Notes: generated by a model not told the origin, from the letters alone. Positions 1 to 11,339 are shown, numbered from the stretch's first letter. The stretch is 64,000 bases of DNA from an uncultured Planctomycetaceae bacterium (GCA_963833985.1 CAWIAD010000001.1:3328001-3392000), one strand, 5' to 3'. Translations and numbers: made by a program.

Positions 1-2
1 GC

Positions 3-857
3 GCGCTCGAGTCTCTGGGCGACTCATTCGTGCTGGCGCTGGGGCAAGCGTTCAACATCCCTTACAAAAAGAGTCTGTCGGGCAAGTATACAAACGAGCT
101 TCGCCCCTTCCGAGTTGACGATGACGGCACCTCGGTCCAGGTCGTGAAGGGAACTCCGGGCGGCTCATGTGATCCGGAGCTTGGTCGCCGTCATATGAAC
201 CTGGTTCCGGCGATCCGTGCCGACGGCACGCGCGGTCTGACCGTTTACGGCGGCGTCTTCACGCAACTTGGAGGACCCTGGTACCGGCCGATCGATATCG
301 ATCGGCAGCAGTCGTCGATTATCCCATCGATGCGGTCGGCAGACTTCCAGCAGCGTCTCTGTCAGTACAGCTGCCCGGCGCTACCGATCCACCAAGCGTC
401 CGATCAGTCAATGTACACGCTCTTCTTCGGTGGCATCTCCGAGGTTTATTACTCGGCCACGATGCCGGATGGATTCCAGCTCGATACCGGTCTCCCGTTT
501 GTTGATCATGTCGGGTGCATCGGCCGCACGGCTACGAGTGCGAAGGAATGGCTGGTCTGCAAGGGCGGCTCGGGCTCGCCTGTCCCGCTCAGACTTCCCG
601 ATCTACTGGGCACGACCGCGCAGTTTGTTCCACTCCATGCGGTGCAGACCACGCTCTATAACGGCGGCGTGCTCGAGCTCGGGAGCTTGACCGGCCAAAC
701 GCTGGTCGGACATATCTACGGCGGAATTGTCGGCACCACTGTCGCTGGCGGTGCGACCACTGCCAGCAAGCGGATCTTCGAGGTCTATCTCACGGCCGTG
801 CCCTCGACGGGCCTTCCCGTGGCTTCCGGAATGCGAATCTTCGGTCCACGTCTTTAA
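3..857 (+). CDS. C-terminal part of a beta-strand-rich (Kelch/propeller-like) hypothetical protein, 5' truncated by the window edge
   Basis: Frame is open from base 3 (ALESLGDSFVLALGQ...) to TAA at 855-857; repeated GG motifs (VYGGVF, FFGGI, IYGGI); stop is 17 nt before the next gene. Confidence 0.6.
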   Translation, partial: ALESLGDSFVLALGQAFNIPYKKSLSGKYTNELRPFRVDDDGTSVQVVKGTPGGSCDPELGRRHMNLVPAIRADGTRGLTVYGGVFTQLGGPWYRPIDIDRQQSSIIPSMRSADFQQRLCQYSCPALPIHQASDQSMYTLFFGGISEVYYSATMPDGFQLDTGLPFVDHVGCIGRTATSAKEWLVCKGGSGSPVPLRLPDLLGTTAQFVPLHAVQTTLYNGGVLELGSLTGQTLVGHIYGGIVGTTVAGGATTASKRIFEVYLTAVPSTGLPVASGMRIFGPRL

Positions 858-874
858 CTCCCTGGGGCCCTGTC

Positions 875-2884
875 ATGAGCGTGCTCTCTTATCCCCGCCT
901 CCATTTCAAGGGGAACTGTATCATCAACCCGGCAACGGGTAATAGCGACGACGTCATGGTCAATATCGATACCGTCAACGCCAGGCTCATGCCGGCCCTG
1001 GCCGATCTTGACGACGCCGCGGCCCGCGCCTGGATGATGTCCGGGACCCAGCAGGTGAACCCGGTCACCGGACAATCCTTCGAGTATTGCCGATCGTCGT
1101 GGAATTACTTCGGGAATATGTCGGTCTCGTTCTCGGATACACGCATCACGTCCGTTGTCAACATCACGGGAGATGTATCCGAGACCGATCCGGTCGTCGG
1201 CAAGCTCTTGAATCTGATTCACTCGCTTCCGTTGAACAACAACGAGACAGACTTTCATGGTGTGATATGCGACCTTGATCCCCTGGGCACCGCGCTCTGC
1301 CAGATCTTCCTGGGCGGGTTCCAGCTCAGCGATTCAACCGACCCGGGGAGCCCCAGGTGGATCTTCGCACAGAACGACGCGCGTGCGTTCGGCCGCTGGG
1401 TCGGCTGGCGCAACGCAAGCAGTTTTCTCGACTCGTGCAGCTTCGCGGGTGCGGGCGCAGTCTGGCAGTTCGCCATCTCCAAGGACAAGCTCACCTTCGA
1501 TAACGCCTTACAGTCACCGGTCCTGGACCAGCTTCAGCAGGCTGCCCAGGGCAACAAGGGCATCGTGGTCCAGTTTTGCTTCTACCAGGTCATCCCCACG
1601 ATCGCCACGAAGGACCTCCTGGGGAATTACTCAATCAGCACTAAGGGAATCGAAAACCCGGCGCAAGGGTTGATGGTGGGGACCATCGGGGTGTGGGAGG
1701 AGGGCGAGCTGATGACCACGCCCAGCGACCGCTTGCTGCTCCGGCCGTCCACCCTGCCGCCTGAAACTGCTGTCAACACGGCCTGCCAGTTCATGGGGCC
1801 GGCCACCGCCCGGGTTCAGCGTGACGTGAAGGTGGTATCGCTGAACCTGATCACCGCGTTCCCCGAAGCGGGCTTTAAACCACCCTATGATAAGGCTGAC
1901 CTCGGAGATATCTATCTTGCGTACATCCCGGATTCCGGAGGCGGCCCCATTCTCCTCGGAGACCCCATAGAATATGACCGGGTCGAATACGATTTGACCG
2001 CGGGCATCGTGGACGTGGAATATCAAGACTCGAGTCTCTTGCCACAGGACCTCCAGGGCGGCGGGCTGCTCCTGTTGGCCTGGCCGGACAGGACGTTGAA
2101 CGTGGTGTACCCGATCCTCACCGAAGAGGACTCGACCATCAGGATCGAGACCGATGACCGCGGGATCTACAGCGATGTCCGCCAGGACGGGAAGCTGTCG
2201 ATCCTCGTCCGCGAGCGCGGCGGTCCACCCCAAAAGCCTGTCGATATCTATCTCTGGGAATACCAGTACGTGCCCTGCTCGGTGACTACATCACAGTCGC
2301 ATGCGCCGACATTGACGCTCGTGGAGGATGGGCCACCGCTCCAGCACCGGCTTGACTATTCAAGGAAGGTCACATTCCCGGCGGGGAGCCGAGATCCGTA
2401 TGAAATCAGGTTTCACACGCTGAGGCCCGGCGCCGTTGCGCTGGTATTCACTCGCGACGGCCAGCCGCTCTCCGGAGACTACCCCTGGGGTACTGCGTCC
2501 TACGCCGGCGTTCGGGTGCTTCCAGACGACGACTTCAGCTCGGTCGACAAGCAGTTACGAATTTCCTGGGATTATATTTATAATGTCATTTTCCGATACT
2601 ACCACCTTGTGTTTCCGGCCATGTCCGGGGTCATCGCTCTGAATGACAGGACGGAAATGGAACAGGCGGCCGATCTCCTGGTGGATTACACGGAGCCGGA
2701 TCGCCGCTACGGTACCACGTACATGCCACCCTCTCGTGACTTATCCACGGGCAAGCGTGCCTTGATCGTGGAATGGGCCAATTCGGTTCCGCCCTCGCAC
2801 AAGAGAAAAGCTCCATCCATCCGGCTCAGAGGCGCGGCACCGCCGACTCCGCCTCCGCCTCCAGCTCCGCCACGAACGCCTTGA
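875..2884 (+). CDS. VioB/RebD/StaD-like protein (N-terminal and central regions, no recognisable ferritin-like C-terminal domain)
   Basis: N-terminus MSVLSYPRLHFKG..INPATGN resembles VioB MSILDFPRIHFRG..VNAPTAN; SWNYFGN, YYHLVFPAM and YMPPSRDLSTGKR..L..W motifs. Confidence 0.7.
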   Translation: MSVLSYPRLHFKGNCIINPATGNSDDVMVNIDTVNARLMPALADLDDAAARAWMMSGTQQVNPVTGQSFEYCRSSWNYFGNMSVSFSDTRITSVVNITGDVSETDPVVGKLLNLIHSLPLNNNETDFHGVICDLDPLGTALCQIFLGGFQLSDSTDPGSPRWIFAQNDARAFGRWVGWRNASSFLDSCSFAGAGAVWQFAISKDKLTFDNALQSPVLDQLQQAAQGNKGIVVQFCFYQVIPTIATKDLLGNYSISTKGIENPAQGLMVGTIGVWEEGELMTTPSDRLLLRPSTLPPETAVNTACQFMGPATARVQRDVKVVSLNLITAFPEAGFKPPYDKADLGDIYLAYIPDSGGGPILLGDPIEYDRVEYDLTAGIVDVEYQDSSLLPQDLQGGGLLLLAWPDRTLNVVYPILTEEDSTIRIETDDRGIYSDVRQDGKLSILVRERGGPPQKPVDIYLWEYQYVPCSVTTSQSHAPTLTLVEDGPPLQHRLDYSRKVTFPAGSRDPYEIRFHTLRPGAVALVFTRDGQPLSGDYPWGTASYAGVRVLPDDDFSSVDKQLRISWDYIYNVIFRYYHLVFPAMSGVIALNDRTEMEQAADLLVDYTEPDRRYGTTYMPPSRDLSTGKRALIVEWANSVPPSHKRKAPSIRLRGAAPPTPPPPPAPPRTP

Positions 2885-5686
2885 AGTCCTCGCGGCCGCG
2901 GAGCGGAGCCAGGTCGGGGTCATTGGATTTCAAGCCCAGGAACTGGAACGGCTGGCGAAAGAGCCCGGTAGTGCGGGTCTCGCGCAGCAACTGCATGGCA
3001 CGGTCCAGGTAGCTCTTCGCGCGGCGGGCTTGGTCCGCCACCGCCAGGTTGCCGTCGCGGCGCGCGGCCTCGGCGGAGACGCAACAACAGCAGGCTGCGT
3101 ACAGCAGTGCCATGCCGGAGCGCGACGAGGCCGCAAGGATCTCTTCGGTCGCCTCGATGGCGTACTGGTGCTTGCCGAGCTGTGCCTGATAGATCATGTA
3201 AAGGATCTCGATCAGGCAACGATTCTCCACGAAGAGAGCCACGTCGGGGTGCTCGCGCGCAGCCGCTCGCTGATCTGGCGGATCTTCGTGTGTAGCACGG
3301 GGACCTTGCCCGATTTCCGTGCGTTCGAGTAGACCGCGGCAATGAGCATGCACGAATCAACCAGGCTCGCCTGGTACTCGATGTCCGTGCCGTGCTCGAC
3401 CGCCAGCTTCTCCCGCACCTTCAGCACCTGGTCAAAGAGTTGCTCCGCCTGGGTCAGATCGCCGGAAAAACCCTGGACTGCTCCGCGCAGCAGCAGCGCC
3501 TCGGCCTGCTCGTTCAGGTAGACCGGGTCTTCCGGACTGCTCTCCAGCAGGTACCGGCATTGCCTCAGGCTCTCGCCCAGCACCTGCTCGCTGGCCCCCG
3601 GATCGCGTAGAACCAGGCCGAGAAGCCGGGCCAGATGGTTGAGCGTGGTAGCGGCCTGCAAGCGATGCTTCGGAACATGCTCGTGTTCCCGGAGGATCCC
3701 CTTCAGCAGGTCGATGGCCCGCTGGTAAGCGGCCCTGGCCTCGGCGGGCTGGCTGAGGGCCTTGTAATTGCTGCCCAGGCAATCGAGCGCTCGGGCCAGC
3801 TCGCCCCTGTACTCAAGATGCGCCGGGTAACTTTGCGCGAGTTGTTCGAAGATGCTACAGGCCTGCTGCGAGAGTGGGACCGCCGCTCCGGGCTGCCCCA
3901 GCTCCTGGTTGAACCTGGCGAGCCGGACGCAGAACCTGCCGCGCTCCGTCTCGACGCGCGGCTCGTGGTTTTCCTGCCGGGCGAAGATGTCGTAGAAGTC
4001 CTTGCCAAGCTGGAGAAGTTCCTGACGTTTGCGCTCCAGCCCGCGCGACTTGAGGGCGGGGTCGTCGACGATCGTGCCGTAGAGCTGATCGACGGCGGCC
4101 ATCGCGAGCTGCAAGTTGTTCCTGGCGCGCTCGTGCGCCGCGGTCTCGCGGATGGCTGACAGCTTGAGAAAGACCGTTGCTGCCGAGAGGACCATGGTCG
4201 CCACCAGCAAGCTGGCCAGGCAGGCCGTGGCCAGGGTGCGATGCCGGCTGGTCCAGCGCCTGGCCCTGGCGGTCCAGTGCTCCGGGTATGCGGAGACGGG
4301 CTCGTCCGCGAGGTACCTGCGCACGTCGTCGGCCAGGTCCGCCGCGTGGATGTAGCGGTCTTGCGGCGTCTTCGCCAGGCACTTCAGGCAAACCGCCTCG
4401 AGCGCCGGTGGTACTTCGCGGACCAGCTTCCGGGGCGGCTGGGGCAGCTCCTCCACCACCTGCCTGAGGACCTCGTTGACGCTTCCCCGGAACGGTGGCT
4501 CGCCGGTGAGGATCTCGTACAGGATGGCGCCCAGACCGTAGATATCGCTCCGTTCATCGACCAGGTCGGTCCGGCCCAGCGCCTGCTCGGGCGACATGTA
4601 GCAGGGCGTGCCCAGCAACTCGCCCGGTACGGTATCGGCCGAAGCGTCGGGGAATCGTTGGACGGCTGCCACCGGACTGTCCTGCGGTTCAGCCGCTGTG
4701 TGGTCGTGTTCCGCCGGCGATTCCTGGGCCTGCTCGACGATCCGCGCCAGGCCCCAGTCGAGCACCACAACCTCCCCAAAATCGCCCAGCACCACATTCT
4801 GGCCCTTGATGTCGCGGTGGATCACCCCGCGGCTGTGGGCGTAGGCGATCACCTGGCAGACGCTCTGGAATGCACCCAGCAGTTCGCGAAGCTGGATCGA
4901 GGGCTCCGTGCCGCCGGTGCGCTGGCGGTGATACTCGCGGGCAGACTCGGTCAGCGTCCGTCCGCTGATGAACCGCATGGTGTAAAAGGGCGCTTTGCCG
5001 TCGCCGCCGGGCTCAAGCTCGTACACCGGTGCGATGCCGGGATGGTGCAGCCGCCCAGTGACCCGTGCCTCTCTGAGGAATCGCGCCTGGGCAACGGGAC
5101 TCAGCGAAGTGAGGGGCCGCAAACGCTTCAGCGCGATCTCGCGCCCGAGGTGGTGGTCATAGGCGAGCCAGACCTGTCCGATGCCGCCCTGAGCATGAAT
5201 GCGGTCCAGCGTATATCGCCCGCCAGGGAAGACGCGTTGAGCCCGAGATGAAGCGGGCACACCATCGGCTCCGTGGTCGTCGCGTGGATCCTCCGGCGCC
5301 GGCGACGCCGACACAGTGTCCGTGCCCGCATCGGCCGCAGACGCTTCGCTGGGCCACCATGGCGCCGGGCACTCCGCCGGCAGCGATCTTGCCATCACCA
5401 GTTCGCGAAAAGCCGATTCGACCAGCGTGTGCTGGTCGGGAAAGCGGCTCAGGTAGTCCTGGGGGGTCGGCTCCTCCCCGCGGGTCCGGCGCAGCTCGAT
5501 CTCCAGCCCGATGAGCCGGTAGAGCACGGCGGCTCGATCCTCCGCGCTAGCCTCGCTCAGATACTCTTCAATGGGACGGGGAGCCTGGCGCCGCCAGTCG
5601 GCCTCGAACTGATCGCACACCTTGATGGCTCTCTGGAGCAGCGAGAGCGACACCGAGGCGGGTGCGGTCTTCTCGGCCTGGGTCAT
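2826..5686 (-). CDS. Hanks-type Ser/Thr protein kinase with TM helix and C-terminal TPR-like region; frameshift near 3240
   Basis: QGGIGQV, ALK, HRDIKGQN, LDWGLA, GTPCYMSPEQ, SDIYGLG motifs; ORFs 3212..5707 and 2826..3353 join; ATG overlaps the ECF stop (ATGA). Confidence 0.9.
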
Positions 5687-6303
5687 GCGCTTTCTCCTGA
5701 GAGCCACTTCTTGCGAATGAACTCAAGCTTGTACGCCACCGTCCGCGGCGAGCACTCCAGCCGCCTGGCGATCTCGTCCTTCGTGTACCCTTCAAGCCGC
5801 CAGATCGCGATCTGGCGGATCGCGTCGTCCCCAAGCACCTCGAGCAGCCGGTCGAATTGCTCGGCGATCATGGCGGCGAACTCGGGCGTGGGATCATGCC
5901 CGATGATCGCGTCCAGACCCTCCTGCCAGCCGGATTCCGACCCCACGAGAGCCGATTCGGTGAGCACACGACCGGCACCGCGCTTCTGGCGGCCCTGCCG
6001 GACGCGCTGGTCCGCCACTTTCCGCGCGGTGATCACGACCAGCAGCCGCCAGAGATCGTCACGATCCTTCAGCAGGGGAAAACGACCCTGAGCGGCCCCC
6101 CGGCAGAAGCTGTCGAACGCGCTGAGTGCCGCGTCTTCTTCATCGGCCTCGGCGCTCCGCCTGGGGGAACTGATCAGCCTTGCGTGCGCCAGGCGCACCA
6201 GTCGAGCGAAGTAGCGCTCCCAGAGTTTCTGCGATGCCTCCTGGTCCCCCTCCTTGAGCAGCGAGATCCATGAAGTCACTGAACCCGACTCGTCTTCTGC
6301 CAT
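5683..6303 (-). CDS. ECF-type RNA polymerase sigma factor (Planctomycete, kinase-associated type)
   Basis: SVTSWISLLKEGDQEASQKLWERYF, DEEDAALSAFDSF, DRDDLWRLLVVIT, LEGYT..EIA..LECSPRTV. Confidence 0.9.
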   Translation of the reverse strand: MAEDESGSVTSWISLLKEGDQEASQKLWERYFARLVRLAHARLISSPRRSAEADEEDAALSAFDSFCRGAAQGRFPLLKDRDDLWRLLVVITARKVADQRVRQGRQKRGAGRVLTESALVGSESGWQEGLDAIIGHDPTPEFAAMIAEQFDRLLEVLGDDAIRQIAIWRLEGYTKDEIARRLECSPRTVAYKLEFIRKKWLSGESA

Positions 6304-6675
6304 CAGAACACCCTTGAGGTTCAGTCTTTGAGGAGACCGGTCGCCATCTGCGACGCGGACGTCCTTCAAACCGGTTATTCACTTCATGAATGGCGTGGCA
6401 TGCTGTCATCCCACGTGTCTCCGACCACGCACAGCAGTCTGCATGGTGCTTTATTCTAGCTCTGTTGTGTTGCGAGTGACACGGACAAAAGTCAAGTCGT
6501 GCGAGGCAAACACGAAGAGGCGGGATCCGACGTCAGTGGCGAGGCACCTGGCGGAGTTCGAAGTCTTGAAAACAAGCGGCTCGCGGCATACTCTGAAGCC
6601 CTGTCGATCCGAAGTCAGCAGGGTCTCCCCTGCGGAAGCTTCGGTCGATGCACGCCCCACAGGAGCCAGATCATC

Positions 6676-6999
6676 ATGCCGACTGTGACTGTTGATGGTG
6701 AAAAATCATTCGAGGTCGATCCGAACAAGAAACTGGTCCTCGCCATCGAGGACGCCGGCATCGATATCATGCACCGCTGTGGCGGGAACGCGAAGTGCAC
6801 GACGTGCCGCGTCGAGATCCTGGGCGGCAATGTGGAGCCTGCGACCGGACTCGAGGAGGCCCGGCTGGCTCGCGAAGGCGAGATCGCACCGAATATCCGC
6901 CTGTCGTGCCAGATCCGGGTTCAATCCGACCTCTGGGTGGCCGTCATCAATCGATCTTCCGTTCAGGGCATACCCCCGGGAAACCGGCCCCAGGATTGA
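6676..6999 (+). CDS. 2Fe-2S ferredoxin
   Basis: HRCGGNAKCTTC...RLSCQ cysteine pattern; AGGAG upstream of ATG. Confidence 0.9.
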   Translation: MPTVTVDGEKSFEVDPNKKLVLAIEDAGIDIMHRCGGNAKCTTCRVEILGGNVEPATGLEEARLAREGEIAPNIRLSCQIRVQSDLWVAVINRSSVQGIPPGNRPQD

Positions 7000-7110
7000 T
7001 GTGAGCGAGATCGACAACCGCCAGCAGCCCGCAGGGCCCGATCGAGGATCAGGGCCGTGCGGGCTGCCGGTCGTGCTGACGCGGCTTGCGTCGCCGCGGC
7101 CTGGGGGATC

Positions 7111-8307
7111 TCAGAGGTTGTTGGATCCGAGCACGGTGAGCGCCGCGATTGGCTGGCCGTTCGGGAAGGTGCCCGTGGGTCCGATATAGCGCGGAACCAC
7201 GATGCGGCTGGAGCCATTGATGCTGCCAAGAACGACGATCGGCTGGTCAACGCCCCGGCCGATGGCGAACACGCTGCCGGCGCCGATGTTCAGGTTACCC
7301 TGGATGTAGGCGCCCACCGACGGATAGACGATGTTGGTAGTCGTACCCACGATCGCCTGATTGAGCGTCAGCACGTTGCTGCCCGTGCCAGTTCCCTTGG
7401 GCGGCTGGAGCGTGGCGGCGATGTCCCGGCCCACCAGGATCTGCGACCCGTTTGTCAGGGTGATGCTCTGTCCCACGTTGAGCAGGTTCAAGTCCTGGCC
7501 GATCGTGATCCTCGTGCCCGTATTCAGCGTGATGCCCTGAAGTATGTCGAGCGTGTTCAGCGTGCCCCCCACCTGGATCGACCCACCGGGTCCAATCGAG
7601 TTGAACGCGATGCGATCGACGGTCTGGGTACCGCCAATGACGAGAGGCCCAACCAGGTTCGTCGTGTGGAAGCCCTCCACCGCGCCGATCGCGCCGCTGC
7701 TGACTGTGATCTGGCCGACGTTCAGGATGTGCGTGACTCCGGCCTGCCCGTACGCGAAACTGTGTGCGTAGTTTTTGCGGATCGGGTGTGGCAGGGGATT
7801 GATGGTAAGCTCGGTGTTGGACGTCGAACCGTCGACGATGATCCCCACCTGCCCGTTCGGCATGGCGTAAACCCGCAGGACGCCTTGCGGCTGGGGATAC
7901 TCCGAGGGCTGGAGGTTGGAGGCCGTCGAGGTGCTGGTTTGGGTGTAGGTTCCTCCGGCACCGTCACCGGCGGCCGTCGCAATGGTGTTGCCAATGTAGC
8001 CGAGCTGGAGGCGGAAGTACGAACCATCCGGCGCGATGACGTCAGCCGACTGGCCACCGCGTGCTGTCTGCACCACGGCGGCGGGAATCATGCGGAAGCC
8101 GCGCTGAAAATTTGGTGCGTTCTGGAGGAACCGCGGATTGTTCGCCCTGTAGGCCAGGCCGACCTTGGGATGGCTGAGCAGCTTGAGGTTCTCGGAGAGA
8201 TACTGGTGGACCGTCTGGGAAAGCAGCACACGATCCTCCAGCGTGCCGTCGAGCACTGGCCTGAAAGCGCGCAGTCCTGCCCGGCGTTTCGTGCGAGAGT
8301 CCGACAT
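7111..8307 (-). CDS. Planctomycete extracellular protein with LEPR-XLL-like N-terminal motif
   Basis: RR..FRP..LDGTLEDRVLLS motif followed by a Gly/Thr/Asn-rich beta-helix-like body. Confidence 0.7.
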   Translation of the reverse strand: MSDSRTKRRAGLRAFRPVLDGTLEDRVLLSQTVHQYLSENLKLLSHPKVGLAYRANNPRFLQNAPNFQRGFRMIPAAVVQTARGGQSADVIAPDGSYFRLQLGYIGNTIATAAGDGAGGTYTQTSTSTASNLQPSEYPQPQGVLRVYAMPNGQVGIIVDGSTSNTELTINPLPHPIRKNYAHSFAYGQAGVTHILNVGQITVSSGAIGAVEGFHTTNLVGPLVIGGTQTVDRIAFNSIGPGGSIQVGGTLNTLDILQGITLNTGTRITIGQDLNLLNVGQSITLTNGSQILVGRDIAATLQPPKGTGTGSNVLTLNQAIVGTTTNIVYPSVGAYIQGNLNIGAGSVFAIGRGVDQPIVVLGSINGSSRIVVPRYIGPTGTFPNGQPIAALTVLGSNNL

Positions 8308-8587
8308 GACGACGATCCTTCCTGATCGCAGGGAATGTGCGCCTGTCCATCCTCTCCCGGGCGACACGAACGGGCGGGGCGGATCAAAGCCTGACCGGCC
8401 CCGGTCTCGCCGGGATCAAGCGCCTGGAACCTCGTGCGGGCCTGCCGCTGGATTCCGAACTGCTGGAGTTATCGGCCGGCTGAAGAAGCGGCCCACGCCC
8501 AAACAGCGTGGACCCTTCGTTCCATGGTCGGCGGAAAGGGATTGGCGCGGAGCCTGCGATTGTAGCGGTCGTGCTGACCTCTACGGG

Positions 8588-9451
8588 TCAGAGGTCGCTG
8601 CCGGCGTTGAATGTATCTCCGCCACGCATGTCGCCGCTCACCAGTCCCCTGCGAAACCATTTGACGCGCTGGGCCGAACTGCCATGTGTGAACGAGTCAG
8701 GAACGACGTAGCCTTGAGCCTGCTTCTGGAGGGCGTCATCGCCAATCGCCGTCGCTGCGTTCAGTCCTGATTCGATGTCGCCGTCCTCGAGAATGTGCTT
8801 TTTCTTTTCAGCGTGGTGCGCCCAGACACCGGCGTAATAATCGGCCTGAAGCTCGAGCATCACCGAGAGCTTCTTGGCGTCGGTCCCGCCGACCCTGCGC
8901 TGGAGTTGCGTGACCTTGTCGCTGGTTCCGAGCAAGTTCTGCACATGGTGGCCGATCTCGTGGGCAATCACGTAAGCCTGGGCGAACTCTCCCGGCGCGT
9001 GGAATCGCTTCTTCAGCTCGTCATAAAAGGCCAGGTCGATGTAGACCTTCTGATCTGCCGGGCAGTAGAAGGGGCCGACAGCCGTGCTGGCCAGGCCGCA
9101 ACCCTCGGTGCTCACCCGGTCCGTGAAGAGGACCAGCCGCGGCTTATCGTAGGTACGTCCTGCCTGGGCAAAAAGGTCGGTCCAGACGTCTTCCGTCATG
9201 GCCAGGGTCGCCTTGACAAAGTCGGCCTGGCGTTCCTCCTCAGGGTTCCTGGCCTGTGGCTTTTGCTGTGCGGCGCCGGGCTGGCCCACCTGCATCCGCT
9301 GGAGCAAGGCCCTGGGATCGGCTCCGGTGAGGAAGCTCATCACCAGGACAATCAGAATCGTGCCCAGGCCGCCCCCGACGGCCACCTGGCCGGCCGAGAC
9401 TCCGCGTCGGTCCTCGACGTTGTCGCTCTTTCGCTCGTCTTGCCAGCGCAT
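8588..9451 (-). CDS. ypfJ: Neutral zinc metallopeptidase, YpfJ family
   Basis: MRWQ..R.SDNVEDRRG start, GPFYCPAD, AHEIGHHVQ (HEXXH), LELQADYYAG, PDSFTHGSSAQR. Confidence 0.88.
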   Translation of the reverse strand: MRWQDERKSDNVEDRRGVSAGQVAVGGGLGTILIVLVMSFLTGADPRALLQRMQVGQPGAAQQKPQARNPEEERQADFVKATLAMTEDVWTDLFAQAGRTYDKPRLVLFTDRVSTEGCGLASTAVGPFYCPADQKVYIDLAFYDELKKRFHAPGEFAQAYVIAHEIGHHVQNLLGTSDKVTQLQRRVGGTDAKKLSVMLELQADYYAGVWAHHAEKKKHILEDGDIESGLNAATAIGDDALQKQAQGYVVPDSFTHGSSAQRVKWFRRGLVSGDMRGGDTFNAGSDL

Positions 9452-9631
9452 GTGTCGCTCTCCGAGGTCAATGCCACGCGAACCGGTCACGGCGCGGTCA
9501 TAGTTTTCTCACCACGAATTAGCCTATGAACAGCCAAGCCGAAATCAAGCCGACGGCATTCAGGAAATCCGCCGGTCGGCCGTGGCCTGTCGAGGAATCC
9601 GTACCATGCTGGCCGGATGGCCGGCCCCGAG

Positions 9632-10870
9632 TCACGATCTGCCCAGTCGAACCTGGATGTCAGTTGGCTGACTGTTCCGGATCACCGTCACCCGGAGCAC
9701 CTCGCCGGGCTGGTGCTTTTCTACCTCGGTCAGCAGTTCGTCCACGGTCTTGACGCGGCGATGCTCGACGCCCACGATCAGGTCCGCCGAGTCCACATCC
9801 AGGTAGCGCCGGGCCAGCCCGAAGCCAAGGCGCTCTTCCTTGATCTGGGCCGGCTGGATCCCGGCTTGTTCCGCCGGACCGCCTGCTACCACGGCCATGA
9901 CCAGAAGGCCTTCCTCGGTGGCATAAACACGGGTAATGCCCAGATCGGCCCGGATGACCCGGCCGTTTTCGATGAGCGGCTTGAGGATGCGGGTGATCGC
10001 GTTGATCGGGACAGCAAAGCTGATGCCGGCGGACTGGCCCACCTGGCTGATGATGGCCGTATTCATGCCAATGACCTGGCCGCGAGAGTTTAGCAGCGGT
10101 CCGCCCGAGTTGCCGGGGTTGACCGCCGCGTCGGTCTGGATGATTCCCTTGATCATCCGCCCGTTCTTGGCACGGAGCGACCGATCCAGACTGCTGACGA
10201 TTCCCGATGTGAGCGTCCGCTCCAGGCCGAAGGGGTTGCCCAGAGCCATGATCTTCTGCCCGACCAGCACGCGTGACGAATCGCCAAACTTGACAGGAAA
10301 AAGCTTCTCGGCCGGGACGCGGATGAGCAGGACCGCAACGTCGTTGGACGCGTCCTGGCCGACGACTCTGGCAGGATGGGTCGAGCCGTCGAACATCGTC
10401 ACCCGTACGGCGTTGGCCCCCTGGATGACGTGAAAGTTGGTCAGCAAGTGGCCTTGCTTGTCGATGACGAAACCCGACCCGGTGCCCGTCGAGCTTTCCT
10501 CGCCGAAAAAGCCCATGCCCTCGGACTCGGTGGTGATGTTGACCACGCTCTTGTTGACCGTGGCATAGACCAGAACGTTGTTGCGTTCTTCGGGATCCAG
10601 CTCTTTGAGGACGTCCTCCGGCGGCGCGGGAGACTTCGGGTCGGGCAGCGGGACGGCCGGCACGGTCCGGTCGAGATCGCGCGGTACCGGAACCGGAGCC
10701 GGCGGCTGCGACCCGGGCTCCTGGCTGAGCGCCGGGATCTGGGCCAATGGAGGCCTGCGCATCAGGCCCAGGCGGCCACCGAAGAAGACGGCGACCGCCA
10801 GCAGGGTGATCGCGACCGCGAGGGCATGCGACGCGAGCCAGTACCGCATCGACATCCTGCCGGAACTCAT
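9632..10870 (-). CDS. HtrA/DegP-family (S1C) serine protease with PDZ domain
   Basis: GTGSGFV, TNFHVI, DVAVL, IQTDAAVNPGNSGGPL; N-terminal TM helix and Pro-rich linker. Confidence 0.92.
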   Translation of the reverse strand: MSSGRMSMRYWLASHALAVAITLLAVAVFFGGRLGLMRRPPLAQIPALSQEPGSQPPAPVPVPRDLDRTVPAVPLPDPKSPAPPEDVLKELDPEERNNVLVYATVNKSVVNITTESEGMGFFGEESSTGTGSGFVIDKQGHLLTNFHVIQGANAVRVTMFDGSTHPARVVGQDASNDVAVLLIRVPAEKLFPVKFGDSSRVLVGQKIMALGNPFGLERTLTSGIVSSLDRSLRAKNGRMIKGIIQTDAAVNPGNSGGPLLNSRGQVIGMNTAIISQVGQSAGISFAVPINAITRILKPLIENGRVIRADLGITRVYATEEGLLVMAVVAGGPAEQAGIQPAQIKEERLGFGLARRYLDVDSADLIVGVEHRRVKTVDELLTEVEKHQPGEVLRVTVIRNSQPTDIQVRLGRS

Positions 10871-11339
10871 GGATTCGGCTCCTGTTCTGGTCTTCCAAAG
10901 CCGCGCCCTGTGGCTTGGCTTGCGTCGACATCATTCTACGGCGAGGAGAATGGACAACCAACACCTCTTGGGTAAGTGAACTATCGGGCGCAAATCACGC
11001 CAGGGCACTCACTGATCAGGGCTGCTGGCCAGCGCGCGGACGATCGACGTCTCGACATCCTTCTCTGCTCACGTCCCAGCCGGCAGGACGAGCAGACCAG
11101 GAAGGCGGGCTCGCGGAAGACCACGCTGGGTGTCCTCCGGTCCTCGTGCCGCATGGCGCCGATCTCCCGAACGACGTGGCTCCAGCCGGTTGTGCCGCCA
11201 GCGCCGACACAAGTCGAAGACCGGGCCGAAAGTCGAGCTTCCGGCCGGCTTCACGACAAGGCTGGCTCTTGCCCCGTGCCGATTACGCCCTGGAATAGCC
11301 GCAAGGGGTGTCCTCTTTTGACATTCCTGGGCATCGACA

